Both the position numbers and the translations under genes were made by a program. Shown one piece after another: positions 1 through 12,946 of a stretch of DNA of 64,000 bases (position 1 is the first letter of the stretch; each line of letters begins with the position of its first letter). This DNA comes from Gnetum montanum (lineage: Eukaryota; Plantae; Gnetophyta). Location: contig MNCI01000614.1 in the NCBI GenBank assembly GCA_015680685.1, positions 660,248 through 724,247 on the forward strand, in the 5' to 3' direction. The notes beneath the pieces are model-generated. The model saw nothing but the letters and a program-made list of their open reading frames with translations. It had not been told where the DNA came from and ran no database searches.

Positions 1-1609
1 CTACACCGCGTAAGGATTAGCGTCACCAATGTTTGGGGCCCTAAAAATGAGTCAAAACAAGCCAAAATCAAGCACAAGGACCCCCCATGACCTTCACCAA
101 GGTCCCCAGCGGTTCCCAGCCTTCAGAAAATCAAGATTCGGGCCTTAGATGAGGTGTTTTTGGCTGATTACGATATGGCTACATTTTATTACACTGCAGA
201 GCATAAGATGCGTAAAACATTATTCATCGCGCGAACACTATTCATCGCAATTTTAGAAAATTCCAGAAAAGTTTCAAAAAAATGGCAGAAGATCCTTAGC
301 ATCAGCAACTTCTAGAAAATCAAGATTCGGGCCTTAAAAGAGGTGTTTTCGGTTGATTACGTTGTAGCTACATTTTATTACGCTATAGAGCATAAGATGC
401 GTAAAACACTATTCATTGCGCAAACACTATTCATCTCACGCTCAAACACTATTCATCTCATGCTCAAACACTATTCATCTCATGCTCAAACGCTATTCAT
501 CACGCGAACACTATTCATCGAAGTTTCAGGAAAAATTCCAGAAAAGTTTCAGAAAATGGCAAAGAATTACCAGCATCAGCAACTTTCAGAACATTTCAAA
601 AAATTTCAGAAAGACTCAGAAACAAAGAAGTTTCACGCAAACGGGGGTCAAATTTCTCTTGTTGTACATTTCATTGTAAGTCGACATATGTGGGCACGTT
701 AGGCCCTCATGTTTAAATTAAATGTACTTTCATGGGCTTCAATAACCCATAAATTGTAAAATGCAATGTACCTGGTCTAAGAACGTAGCTTGCCGGCACA
801 CATCCAACTCGTGTACAACTGTCCGACACACATCCAACTCTCGCCAGTATGCATCCAGCCTAAGTACAACTGTCCATTGGACACATGTTACCAGATCCAC
901 TTTCCTCTCATCTCTCAGCCGTTGATTCCATTCTGAAATTCTGTGCCGGAGCACGGCCCAACCCTATAAATACCCTGTCAATTCACATAAATTAGAGGAG
1001 GGGGCCAATTGAAAAGCAATTGAAGGCAAAAATCAGAGACATCGGCAATTCTAAGAAAGACAGAATCTGCAATCCTTGGGCGCTCGACATATCTGACTGT
1101 TGGCATCCAAGCATTTCTTGCATTCATCACATCACTTCAGACATCATCCTGAGGCTTAGTGCTTGACCTGCCATCCACATGTGCAGCTACACTTTGACCG
1201 GTGCATACATTTCTATTAAACAATACAATACAGTTTCATTATTGCCTCCCGTTCACATTGTTTACTTCAGTTTATGCTTTGTTTATAGTATATATCTGTT
1301 TATGCTTTATTTATAATTCAGTATGCTCTGTTTACATTTTGTGTCTCTGTTTGCATTCCATTTACATCCCGTTTACATCGTTCACGATAACCCCAGTGTT
1401 AGCTGTAGCTTATGCTCGGGGAAGTCCTTGTTTGATTTGCGTGCAAACCATCCAAGGCACTCTGCCTTCGTTCCCTTTTCCAGCTTGCCCTCAATCAAAG
1501 GCAGGGTCAGCTGTGGCTGCCCAACGATCTCTCGGTGTCTGTTTCCCTTCCAACCTTACACCGACGATTTAGGTCAGTACACTAGTTTAGCCTCAAATTG
1601 GTTTCTACA
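1..1609 (+). mobile_element. Right-hand part of a long LTR (probably Ty3/gypsy), relatively young, inserted into the RT region of the Athila-type element that follows
   Basis: TATA-like CCCTATAAATACCC at 962-975; internal tandem repeats; ends ...GGTTTCTACA (CA terminus) at 1609 and is followed directly by minus-strand RT sequence (...VLKRC); far richer in CpG than its neighbours. Left end lies outside the window. Confidence 0.6.
121..600 (+). repeat. ~190-bp tandem duplication with an expanded 22-bp minisatellite in the second copy
   Basis: AGAAAATCAAGATTCGGGCCTT at ~125 and ~314; unit CAAACACTATTCATCTCAYGCT repeated about 4-5 times at ~405-520. Confidence 0.85.
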
Positions 1610-2230
1610 CATCTTTTTAACACTTACTCCAACTCGTCCAAGGCTTGATCAAAGTTTGCTCCATAAGTGGAGAAGTCATCCATACAGCCCTCCATGTTAT
1701 TCCCTATCTGCTATTGGAATATGCTTAGAACTATTTGTTGAAATGTTGCAGGGGCATTGCACAAGCCAAACAACATCTTTTTGTATGCAAACGTTCCCCA
1801 AGGACTAGTGAACATAGTCTTGGCTTGGTCTTCTGGGGCTATTTGTATTTGGTTATATCCACTATATCCATCTAGAAAGCTGTAATAGTGATGCCTTGCA
1901 ATGGTGTCTAAGACTTGGTTGAAAAATGGCAATGGAAAGTGATCTTTGAATGTTACCATATTTAGTAGCTTGAAATCTATGCACATCCTCCATCTGCCTC
2001 GCTTTATAGTCATAATAACTAAGGGGCTAACCCATTCACTATCGGCAATGGGGTATATGAACCCAGCCTTGAGAATTTGTTCAATTTCTTCCTTAACTAC
2101 TTGCTCAAGCTTAGATTTCAATTGCCTCTGCGGTTGTCTTCGAGGCTTCATGGAGGGGTCAATGTAAATTCTATGCTGGCATATCCTATGATCTATTCCA
2201 GTTAATTCAGGATATGATCAAGCAAAGGCT
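1610..2230 (-). pseudogene. Reverse transcriptase of element A (disrupted)
   Basis: ORF 1711-2151 plus downstream frame-shifted RT sequence up to the LTR junction. Confidence 0.9.
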
Positions 2231-2655
2231 TTCGACCATTTATTTATTATCTTTAGTAGTTCTTCTTTCTATTGAGGAGTAAGCTTAGCATTGATAATTA
2301 CTAATTTTCCATTTTTAAGGAACATGTATTCCATACTGGTGGGCAATGGTTTCATCTCAAGTGACTCCTACTTAAATTTCTCAAGGATTTCCAACTTCCC
2401 TTAGTTGATATTTTCGAGGTTAAGACTTGGAAGTTGGTGGTGGACTTGCTCTAATGTATCTATATTATCGATGTAAGCACAAGTTAAACCCTCAGTTGGT
2501 TTCATGCATATCAGTGAACTGCTTTCTTGATTAGCTATCAGCCACTGGGTGTCTTCCTCTCATGTAGTTACTGCATATAGGCATATTTTTATGTTAATCA
2601 CTTGTGCACATTGATTGCATGCAGGCAATGTTAAACTTTGCACAAATCATGATCT

Positions 2656-5600
2656 CTACACACAATTACACCTTGTGTTATTATATGTGATGCACAGAAC
2701 TTTCTTCTTCTTGATCTTTCCAAATGTATTTTCCTTTGATATTTCTAGGAAAAGATCATGGATTCCTAGGTGTGTGTCGATGGTGCTTAGCCATGCTCTT
2801 TTCATTATGATTGGGAAGTCCCCCTTACTGTTGTTTACTTGAATCACTAGGAAGTTAGCTAGTTATGACCACCCAAAAACATTGGTAACAATGTCTTCCA
2901 CCAGTCCCAATGGGAAAGTGATGGACTGGTCAGCCAACTCTAGATGGATGTTGCTCTTTTTCAATGGAGGTAGGTTATAGGCCTTGTACATTTCTTGAGA
3001 AATCAAGTTGACACTAGAACCTAAATCCAAAAGAGCCTTGCACGGTGCATTTCCAGCAATTTGTAAGTATATCAGAGGACTCCTAGGATCAGAGAATTTC
3101 CTAGGAAGGTGACCAACTTTGATCCAATCAGTGATAGCATGTGTTAGCATGACCGTATGCATTGAGTATGGTGATTGGGTTGAAGAGGGCTCCAAAGTTT
3201 TGATAGATACTGAGGCATTTAAGGAATCAACTACTTGTGATTGCAAGGGCTTGGTTGGACTATTGGTTCTAAAGAAAGGTCTTTTCTTCATGTGATTGTT
3301 GGAACCAATAGTAGATTGAGAGTTAACAACCCTTGTGGCATTATGTTGCTATGGGTGGGTAGGCATTTCACCTTGCATCACGAGAGTAGGTGGTAGTGGA
3401 GCTATTGGTGGAAGAGATGTGGTTGGATGAGAAGGATGATATGCTTGTAGAATATCACCTCTAGAAGAGGGAGCCCCATAATACTCATGGGCTTGGTAGT
3501 GAGGTTGAGGAGTGACGTGAATAGTAGAGTCATGTGGGGAGATTGGCTGCTGCACATAATATCCATATGGGTTAGGTTTCTGGTAAGGATACTACTACCT
3601 TGGTGGTGGCATTCCCCATGATTGTGGGTGCTACCATTGTTGATATTGCTCAATCGGTTGTGGTGGAGTTCCACTGGGATATTATGTTAAGGGTTGGTGG
3701 AACTACCTTGGGTTATCTTGAGGATAAGGTAGCCTTTGGGGTGTTTGCCTTTTGTTTAATTATGGGTCGAGTGCATACACTCCAGACTCCTATAGATGTG
3801 AGATTATAGGGCAACATCCCTTAGGATGGTCATATTAACATATCTCACATCCACTATCATTGTTTGTTTCCAAATCCACAACCTCTTCAATGATGGAAAC
3901 TTTTCCCTTACCCTTGCTACGTGCATGTTCAACCTATTTCTTTTTTCTTTTCTCACTACCTTGCTCTCTAGACTCCTCTACTATTTTAAGAATAGTTTGA
4001 AATCTATTGTCTAGTCAATCCCACATTTGATCTACCTTTGCAAAAACTTCTGATGTCATCTTTTGGATAGGCAAATTTCTCCTATTCACCATCTCTTCGA
4101 GTGATGATTCTTCTTCATCCTCACAAAATCTTACTCCCCTCTTCTGCAGGGAAGGATCTCAGTTATACTCTTTCGCACTTTCTCTCTTCTATAGCTCATC
4201 TTCTTCCTTAGCAACTTGCTCTAATAGTCTTTGAATTTCATGGGACCTAAGCTTGGATAGTCTTCCTTGGGCATAAGTCCCAAGGGTTCTTCTCATTTCA
4301 TGCCTAAGCCCATCCATGAGATGGTGCAGTTGATCCCTTTGTGAATAACCATGGTCAAGAAAATGATGTAACAGTGCATAGTATCAACCCATGGTAGCAT
4401 TCAAGGGTTCATGTCCTCCTTGTTTCTAGCCTTGGATTTGTTTTTGCAAGTTAGACACTTGGGAGTACATTTGGTACTTGTCATTAAATAGTTCTAACAT
4501 ATTACTCCACCTATGAATGGATTTTGGTTCTAAAGACCAGTACTAGCTTTCCACTTCTTTAACTAATGTCCGTGGGAACAACTTAAGTTTTTTCCATTCA
4601 TTCTCTATGTTCTGTAAGGCATATGCATCACAGAATGCTTGTAAATGATTTTTCGGAGTAGTGTTGTATCCCCCTTTAAATCATGGGATGTTATTCATAT
4701 CTAATCTCTTGATCCTACTATCTTTCTGATGCATTGTTGGAATTCTAATAGCCTTAGTTATGTCCAACATAATTCGAGTAGTCAGAAGGGATTTATCAAG
4801 AAAGTCTTGTCCATGGAATCTATGATGCCTACGTTGTTCCCTACTCTCTATTCTTCTATGTCATGACTCTCTAGAGTGCCCTTGTCCCCTTTCTTGGCTA
4901 TTTCATCTATGACTTCCACTTTGCCTACCTTTATCCCCATGGTCTTTTTCTTTCTGATTGTATCTGAATATTGAAGGAGAGGGTGAAGGAGATGATGAAG
5001 GTGAAGAAGAAGGAGACTCGTCACCATGACGGTGTCTGCTACCTTCTCTTCTACGATCTCAACCTCGATTGTGATTGCCATCATAATGTCCACCTTTAAA
5101 CCCTTTATGCCTATGGGTATCAGAACCTAGGTTATGAATAATGGAATGAAGGTTCTGATACACAAACCTTTGGCGAAAGTCAAGGGGAGGAACATCATTG
5201 TGTGGATGACTACCTGAGGTAGGTTCACCACCCTCATTTTCGCTTAAGACATGTGGGGCATCCTGGGACATCTTACCCTTCAAAGACTTATGATGTCTCT
5301 CTTGTTGCAAGTCCCTTTGATGTTGTGCCTTTGTAGGATGGTATTCTCTCAAGTCATGGTCTTGCACAATGTGTTCTACATGTAAGTGCGGCATGCCAAT
5401 TTGTGTGAGAGCATGAAAAAGCATGCTTGGGATTGAACGATTAAGAGGTAACACTATGTTACCTTCTAAGTCTCACCAACATAGTTTTTCATCCTGATGG
5501 AGGATAAAGGTGAAGTCTAGTATATACTCATCAGGATGAATATATACCACTTGAACTTGTTGAGGAACTGGCGGATCAACTTCATGTGTATTATGTCACC

Positions 5601-5660
5601 AACTATTTTCTATTTTAGACCTAGGTGGTGAGGTGCTTTCATACAAGAAAGAAGACATAC
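2656..5660 (-). pseudogene. gag-protease of element A with long N-terminal extension (disrupted)
   Basis: Protease fragments at 2656-2847 and 2863-3291; retrotransposon gag core ~4150-4700 (KLKLFPRTL..., W..MLELFNDKY); colinear with 28420-31560 of element X. Confidence 0.8.
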
Positions 5661-5775
5661 TTGTCTATTCAGTGTGCAATGTATTCTTGTTTATTATTTT
5701 CTCAACCAACCCTAAAGGTTAATTTCAATGATGTGAATGATTTCCTATGTTTTAGTTAGTGCACAAACAACTAAG

Positions 5776-5793
5776 TCCCTGGCAACGATGCCA
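5776..5793 (-). promoter_or_regulatory. Primer binding site (tRNA-Asp type)
   Basis: Minus strand TGGCATCGTTGCCAGGGA right after LTR end ...GCTCATCA; matches the Athila PBS consensus TGGCGCCGTTGCCGGGGA. Confidence 0.85.
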
Positions 5794-5794
5794 A

Positions 5795-6497
5795 TGATGA
5801 GCAGTGAGGTACCCCTACACTCAACCATACGAATACAAGTGTTTCACGCATGATCTACTCATATTCAAAGGACTAAGTGCTTATGCAACCTTGTGGAATA
5901 AGGATGGGTTGGTTGATCATTGTCTTCCCAAGCTTACCTATATGTCATGATTATATAGTTAAGTAAGCTTGAGGCATATGATTTTTATAGCTTTTATGTT
6001 TTTATATCCTACGCTAGTAGGGAAGGAGAGAGGTAACTAAGTGACTAATTTAACTTAACTACTCATTAACTAAGTTCTAACTAATCCTAACACCAGCATC
6101 CATTCCCACTTGCTTTACACATCCTAAACTAGTGAAACACTACTAGGATTACCAAATGCTAATTGTTACTAGGTTACCAAGCATTACACGTATGCTCGAA
6201 GTGGCCATGCTTGTGTAATTTAATGATTTGCTTAATTGATCAAAATGAATTGCTATGCTAATAACATAAATGTAAAGTGCATAAAATAAAATATATGCAT
6301 AAGAAAATAAAATAAAATAAATGCATAAGAAAACAAATCTCAAGTGCTTCAAGGATGAATCAAAGAGCTTGTCTTTATTGCCATACATAAGGTGTGCTCA
6401 TGTGCACAATGCTTGAATTAAGATCTATCCACACTTAGACCTCCTGCTACGAGCACTTGGAAAATACTCTAACTTTCAAATAAACTACAAGAGTTTC
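5795..6497 (-). repeat. 5' LTR of element A (truncated by N gap)
   Basis: Begins TGATGAGC on the + strand; homologous to LTRs at 25757, 31707, 55054 and 61181. Confidence 0.85.
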
Positions 6498-6653
6498 NNN
6501 NNNNNNNNNNNNNNNNNNNNNNNNNNNNNNNNNNNNNNNNNNNNNNNNNNNNNNNNNNNNNNNNNNNNNNNNNNNNNNNNNNNNNNNNNNNNNNNNNNNN
6601 NNNNNNNNNNNNNNNNNNNNNNNNNNNNNNNNNNNNNNNNNNNNNNNNNNNNN
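6498..6653. other. Assembly gap (N run); others at 24346-25103, 27208-27548 and 57219-57306, plus a single N at 41462
   Basis: Runs of n in the sequence. Confidence 1.
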
Positions 6654-9600
6654 CCACTCTAATAATTAGAATAACTACTAGAGTAACCGCTAGAGTAACT
6701 ACTAGAGTAACTGCTAGAGTAATTGCTCTCATTAGAGATGGTGGAATCAAATACCAAGAGATGAAAAAATAAAAGTATTAAATGGACCTTCTCTATTAAT
6801 TATCAATGCCATAGCAAAAGAATTTCTTAATGATAAGAATGAATATGATGACTTATACCAAGCGATTTTTTAAGGCTAGTTTACATAGAATAGAAGATTT
6901 GCCAACATTTTTAGACACCATGGAAGAATGGTACTATTTTGGCAAATTAACCCATGAACTTGATGCTAAAGAACATTTTCTCAGTTGTTCACCTCAACCC
7001 TTCTGTAATAAGTATCTCACAAGAGCTGAAATAGCAAAATCTGAAGGTAGAAGAAATGAGATTTAATGCCATTTGACAATTTATTAATGAGGTGAACAAA
7101 GATATTTGTTATGATCAACAAATGCAAAATTAAGTCAAGGAATTAATTAGAAAATTAGGAAAGTCTTTATGTTTAGATTTATGTCTTGAAGAAAAGTTAC
7201 TTAGATCTAAACCCCAATGCTGTGATAAATGCTGGTCCAAAAAGAAATACCATCATCCCCAACAATAATGGTGATGAAAGTATCCTCCACAAAAATCATG
7301 CAAACACTTTAGAGGAATGTTTAAATGCCAAAAAACAAAGGTTTAACATAGTGATGTTAAGTGATTCCTTTGCAAAGGAAATCACTTTGCTAATAAATGT
7401 CCTAACTAGGATCATTATCCCCACAAAGTTCATTTTATTGAGGCACATAACCTTTTGGAAAAACATTATAATTTCATCACTGATGAAGATATTCCATTTG
7501 AACATGACAATATTCTTCTAGAATCCTTTGATTATTTTATTGATGATAATCTCAACACTGATCCCAATTACGTGTTATTAGGTTGAGTCAGATGATTTTG
7601 ATGTTGTGTTTTTATGATAATATGAATCGCCATCATTTTAATCATGGAATGAAATACCCTAGTCACTAACTTGGACATGGAATGGAAGATGAATCTTCCT
7701 CACATAGATCACATAGATCCTACAAATAGGAAAAAACTAATCCCATAGAACCTAAACCTATCTATAAGAATTTAAAATTTTAGGTCATAGAACTAGAACA
7801 AAAACTAAAACATACACCAGTAGATGATATACATAAGTACATGTCTGTTAAGTGCAAGTTCTAGGAAAAGAAAGAAGAACTCCTACTCTAGAAAGACCAG
7901 TTATAAAAAAGATATTTCTTTTACCAAGAATCTCAACAACCTCTAGACATTGAAGATGAACTTAAAGAGTTAGAACATATTGAGAATGAATCTAGACCTT
8001 CTGGAAACTCCAGGTAGTCTTTTGAACAATCTTCTCTAAATAAGAAAGAAAATTTGCCTCACCTAAATTTGGAAAGATTTGTTTGGCACATCCATAGGAT
8101 AATATAACTACAAACATTTTTCCAATGTACTACACAAGAAATTGAACAACTAGAACAAGAAAAAAGTGAACAAAGATAGTAGTACCAAGAAGAAATACAG
8201 ATAGATTTGCTTGTTCAATTGGTAAATAAAAATCAAAAGTTTTGTTATATGCTCCCAGTTTGTACCTTCTTAATTAAATTTATTTCTTACAAACCATATC
8301 CTATAGATGTATTAATTGATAGTTATGCAAAAATTTCTTTAGCAAGAATGAATGCAATCCAAAGGCATTTTTGAATCAAGAGGAAAAGAACATGTGTCTC
8401 TTTCAATGCTCAAAAAAGACCCATAGATCATAAAGTAGAAATACCAATTACAATAGCCAAAGGTAAGTAATTTTCTATTACTATATATCAATTTGATATA
8501 CCTTCTTATGATTTGCTTCTAGGGACTGATAATCTATAGCACTTAGAACCCTACATTATTAGTTTAGATTATATTAGTTTAGTAGGACAAATATGTAACT
8601 GCCTAGCTAAAGATGTTATTAGGTTTCCAATATAAAAACAAAAAAAACATGGAAAAATGGAATGGATCATAAACTCAATTGAAAAACTAGATGATCAATT
8701 CTAGAAAATAAAAAAATATTTATTGGAATTAGCTAGCAAATATCCAACATGCTTTAGACCCAAGATGGAACATTGGTGCCACATTGAATTAAAAGAAGAT
8801 GTGAAAATCATATCAAAATCTCATCACCTAAGGATTCCATCCAACTTAAAGACAAAATGTGATGCTAAGATCAAACAACTCTTAACAAAATATTTAATAC
8901 AACCAAGTGCAAGTATGTTTGCTTATGCTTCTTTCTATGTAAACAAACAAGTTTAATTGGTAAGAGGTAAGAAGAGATTAGTAGTCAATTATAAACCTCT
9001 TAATGACTTGATTAAGCTAGTGCAACATCCTATTCCAAATAAGGATGATCTATTTCAATGATTACACCACACACGTCTATTCAAAGTTTGATTTGAAATT
9101 TGATTTCTAGAAAATACAAGTGTATCTTGAAGATCATTGAAAAATAGCTTTTATAGTCCCTGGTGGATTGTATGAATGGACTATGTTACCTTTTGGCATT
9201 AAAATGACACCTTTTATACTTCAAAATTGCATGGATCAAATTTTTAATGCATATCATTTTATTATTGTATAAATAGATGATATTCTAATTATGAGTAAAA
9301 ATACCTTAAGCATTTAAATGTCTTTTGGGAGATTATTGATAAGGATGGTTTAGTTTTATCTCCAATGAAAATGCAAATAGCTCAAGATAAAATAAAATTT
9401 CTAGGATTAGAAGTAACATAAGGTATGATTCCTTGCAAGACCATATTCTCAAAGCAATTAAGAATTTTTCTAATGAAATACGAGACAAAATACAACTCTG
9501 ACATTTTTTGGGATGTGTAAATTATGTCTCTAAATTTTCCAAAGATCTAGCAAAAGATAGAAATATTTTGAATGAATAGTCAGGGAAATCTCCACCTAAA

Positions 9601-10075
9601 TGGTCTCAAAGTCATCTTTTGACTATCAAGAGATTGAAGAACCAATTTCAAAATCTTCTCCAACTCAGACTTTTGTCCACAGGTAAGTTAATTTTAGAAA
9701 TTGATGCATCGCATGAATTTTGAGGAGTTGCATTGAAGGAAGACCTTGATGAAGTAATTTACATATGCAGGTATGCTTCTGGAAAATTCTCTCCTAATCA
9801 GTTGAATTATCATAGCACTCATAAAGAGCTACTTGCTATAATCAAGGGGATTGAGAAATTTAGACTATTCCTACAAAATCAACATTTCATCATTCAAAGT
9901 GATCTAAAACATTTTGATAGGTACCTTAGTATTAAGAATCTAAATAAAGTAGCTCATACTTGATTAATTATATGGGCCTTGTATTTACCTAACTTTGAGT
10001 TTAGTATTGAATATATTAGTGGGTAGCAAAATAGTTTAGCTGATTTCCTAAAAAGAGAGTATAATCTCTCTTAGA
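6654..10075 (+). mobile_element. Endogenous plant pararetrovirus (Caulimoviridae) fragment: coat protein, aspartic protease, RT, RNase H; heavily decayed
   Basis: CP-like WWNQIP...AIAKEFL and zinc-knuckle remnant *FLCKGNHFANKCP (~7360-7402); protease-like IDVLIDSYA (~8300); RT ASFYVNKQV*LVRGKKRLVVNYKPLN, FSKFDLK, YEWTMLPFGIK, IDDILIMS; RH LILEIDAS...ICRYASGKFSPNQLNYHSTHKELLAIIKGIEKF. No integrase follows. Confidence 0.9.
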
Positions 10076-12946
10076 GTTACTAATTTGTTTAATGATGTTG
10101 TAGATATTTTGTAAAGGGAAGGATGGGAACTATGGTCCTCTTCATACATTCTAGCCTACCATGAAAATGAAGTCTATTTGCTCCATTTGAAAGAAGAAGC
10201 TATTGGATTCCAACATGGAGTTGATTTCATGGCTTATAGATTGTTTTGCAGATTTCAAGATCATAATGCTCGGATCAAATAGATGACCTATCATCCTTAT
10301 CATTCTTTTTGTTATACTATATGATCCTTCAAACATAGCCTACATTGATCAAGAAAGTTCTCAAACTTCATAGGTTTCTTCCATTTTAAATGAGACTAAA
10401 AAAGCCAAATCTTAGAGAGGAGTGTTGAACCCATGGTAATAAAATATCATATATGAATCTTAAAATATGTATTTTTTATCTAAATAAGAACAAAAATCCA
10501 AATATAAGGATGTGCCAAATAAACCAAAAAGTAGTCATAGTTTATGTGGGTTATAAATAAATCACCCCACAAAAATAAGATAGAGATATAATGTATTGAA
10601 CATAGTCCAAAAAAGTATTGAAGATGACTAAATCTAAGTTGCATGGGAGTTAAGAATTTAAAAGAAGCATGACTCTCATATGTTGATGATGAAGGTGAAA
10701 GAAATGTATCATAGGAGAAGATAGATGGAAAAAATAAATAATGAATACATGGAGAAGTGATAGTTTGTGTCATAAGAACTAGGTCCAATAGTAGGTGGAA
10801 CATTGAAGGAGAAATAGTATGGATCAAATTCATTCAGCAACCATAACCTACTAATCAATGAGATAGAAACATCATTCATATTAGAATCCGAATGATGGAA
10901 ATCCAATGGTGAGAGAAATAGAGAAGGTGAAGTTTTTCTACATGGAAAATGGAAGATGAAAACTAACATGTAATGGAGGATGGAAACCATGTTATGAGAA
11001 AGATAGATAGAATGACCATACAACCATCTATAGTGTACAAGACCATCATAAGAAGTGACACACTCCTAATTGAAAGAGGTGAGTACAGAAATAAAAATTC
11101 CTTAGATGGAGAAATGAATGATGTAGAAGATAACATGAAACATAAGCTAGATAAGACTACACATAAGAGTGCAACATCACAAGAAGCCCATAGGAGAATG
11201 AAAAATTCATTAGTCAAATGGAAGATGTAAGTTCCAGATAAAATGAAACAACTTATTTGTTGAAAATACAATGTAAAACTTGTGGAAATGTAATTACAAA
11301 TTTGATATCGGTTCTTGTGGCAATAACATTATGATCCTCATAATTAATTCAACATGGAGGTTAGCATCTAGCAATATGTAAATGCAGATTCATGCTTTGA
11401 TGAGTCTATATTTGGATGTTCTAAGATTTTCTAGTGTAATTAGTTTCTAGATAAGCCACTAATTGCCATGAAGACCTCCTTGTACTAGAGTTCTAGTGGG
11501 AATTTTGGCAATCGAATTGTAGGGCTTCTAATTATCACCCTCTAAATATTCACTACAATTATTTTCAACTTCTCAGAACATGGAACAATACTTAACACTA
11601 GAAACTAATAGGGATATCACTCAATATAATGGTGGTTTAATTATAGGGCCTATGTATGTTCTTTCCTTATTGATCTTAACATGTTGTTGATGAGATGAGA
11701 CATTTTTACTTTTGATAATTCTAAGGATTGATGCATCAATTGTATATTGTTTATCTTTAGTAGTACTATGGTACCTCAAAGGCTAGAATAACCAAGGGTA
11801 ATGGCTATTAGTTCTCATCACGTATGAAGCTAGAAAACATCAAAACATTTATGTGATTCATGCATTTCAAGTTTTCTTTTACAAGTAGTACCAATGCATT
11901 TGGTTAGATGTAACCATAATCCTCCATTATGTTTCTGCCAAAGAATATCACTTAATCTATAATAGGTTTCAAATAATGGTGGGGTATAAAAAAATATATA
12001 GGTTTTACAATGTGCCATTGCATTCTCACATTGAGGGTCATCCAACTCAAACAATTTAGTCACCATTCAACCATGAGTTAGGTTATCTTTGGGGTTCTAG
12101 TTGTGGCATTGGGTGAGAAGGAAGCATCATCACTACCTCCTATGCTATGGGTGGTTACATTGGAATTTTATGATGTCAAAAACCTTCTTTTGAAACCTAA
12201 TGAATGATAGGCAACCATAGGGAGTTTTCAATACAAGCATTTTGAACTACACCATGATATACCCCTAAGATAGTGCATCATTGGAAACCTTTAGTTATGT
12301 CACTCAACCTTGTTGAGTTCAATGGCCTAATATATTAAACTTAATTAAGCATATGTATGGGTAGGTTTGGATAGTGGTGTTCATCTTCACATCTAGGGAA
12401 AGGTGTATGTAAAATAAATAAATAATGCAACCTATCCATTTAAGGTATGGGGATGAATATATTATTATTAAAATGATTAATTAATGATTCCTAGAAAATA
12501 AAACATGCTTCACATAAGACACACTAATCAAATACATTATCCTCTTGAGTACTAATTATTTAGATAAATTATTTATCCTAGGGCCCAAAGGACTTCTAAT
12601 CATAATTCATGTAGGTTCATTTTATGAAAAGCAAATAAACATACATGATCAAAAATATATTTTTCTTTCTTTTCTTTACAAAAATAAAAGAACATAATTT
12701 CGGGTAAATAATGAGATTAGCATATTGAAACAAGAATCAATAAATAATATTTTTCTTTACATGAAAGGAAATTAACTATGACAAAATGTACAAAATATTC
12801 ATTATGCATTAAGATACTTACTCCAAGGAGACTTCCAAGCTCCAAGATCTACTATCCTTAACTTACCATGGAAAGAAAATAATTGTGTATCTCAAGTGAG
12901 TTTTAAATGCCATTGAAGAAACTAGATCATACATAAAATAATGGAG

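Larger units (their letters stand above)
1610..6497 (-). mobile_element. Athila-type Ty3/gypsy LTR retrotransposon 'A': partial 5' LTR, PBS, gag, protease, RT; degenerate
   Basis: RT motifs GFIYPIADSEWVSPL...KDHFPLPF...FLDGYSGYNQIQIAPEDQ (ORF 1711-2151); protease ALLDLGSSVNL (ORF 2863-3291); tRNA-Asp-type PBS; LTR runs into the N gap. Confidence 0.9.

Noticed and set aside
343-702. 119-aa and 87-aa ORFs with repeated peptides; CRISPR-like appearance of the repeats
   Set aside because: They derive from a head-to-tail 22-bp minisatellite in an LTR, with no unique spacers and no cas genes, in a eukaryotic context.
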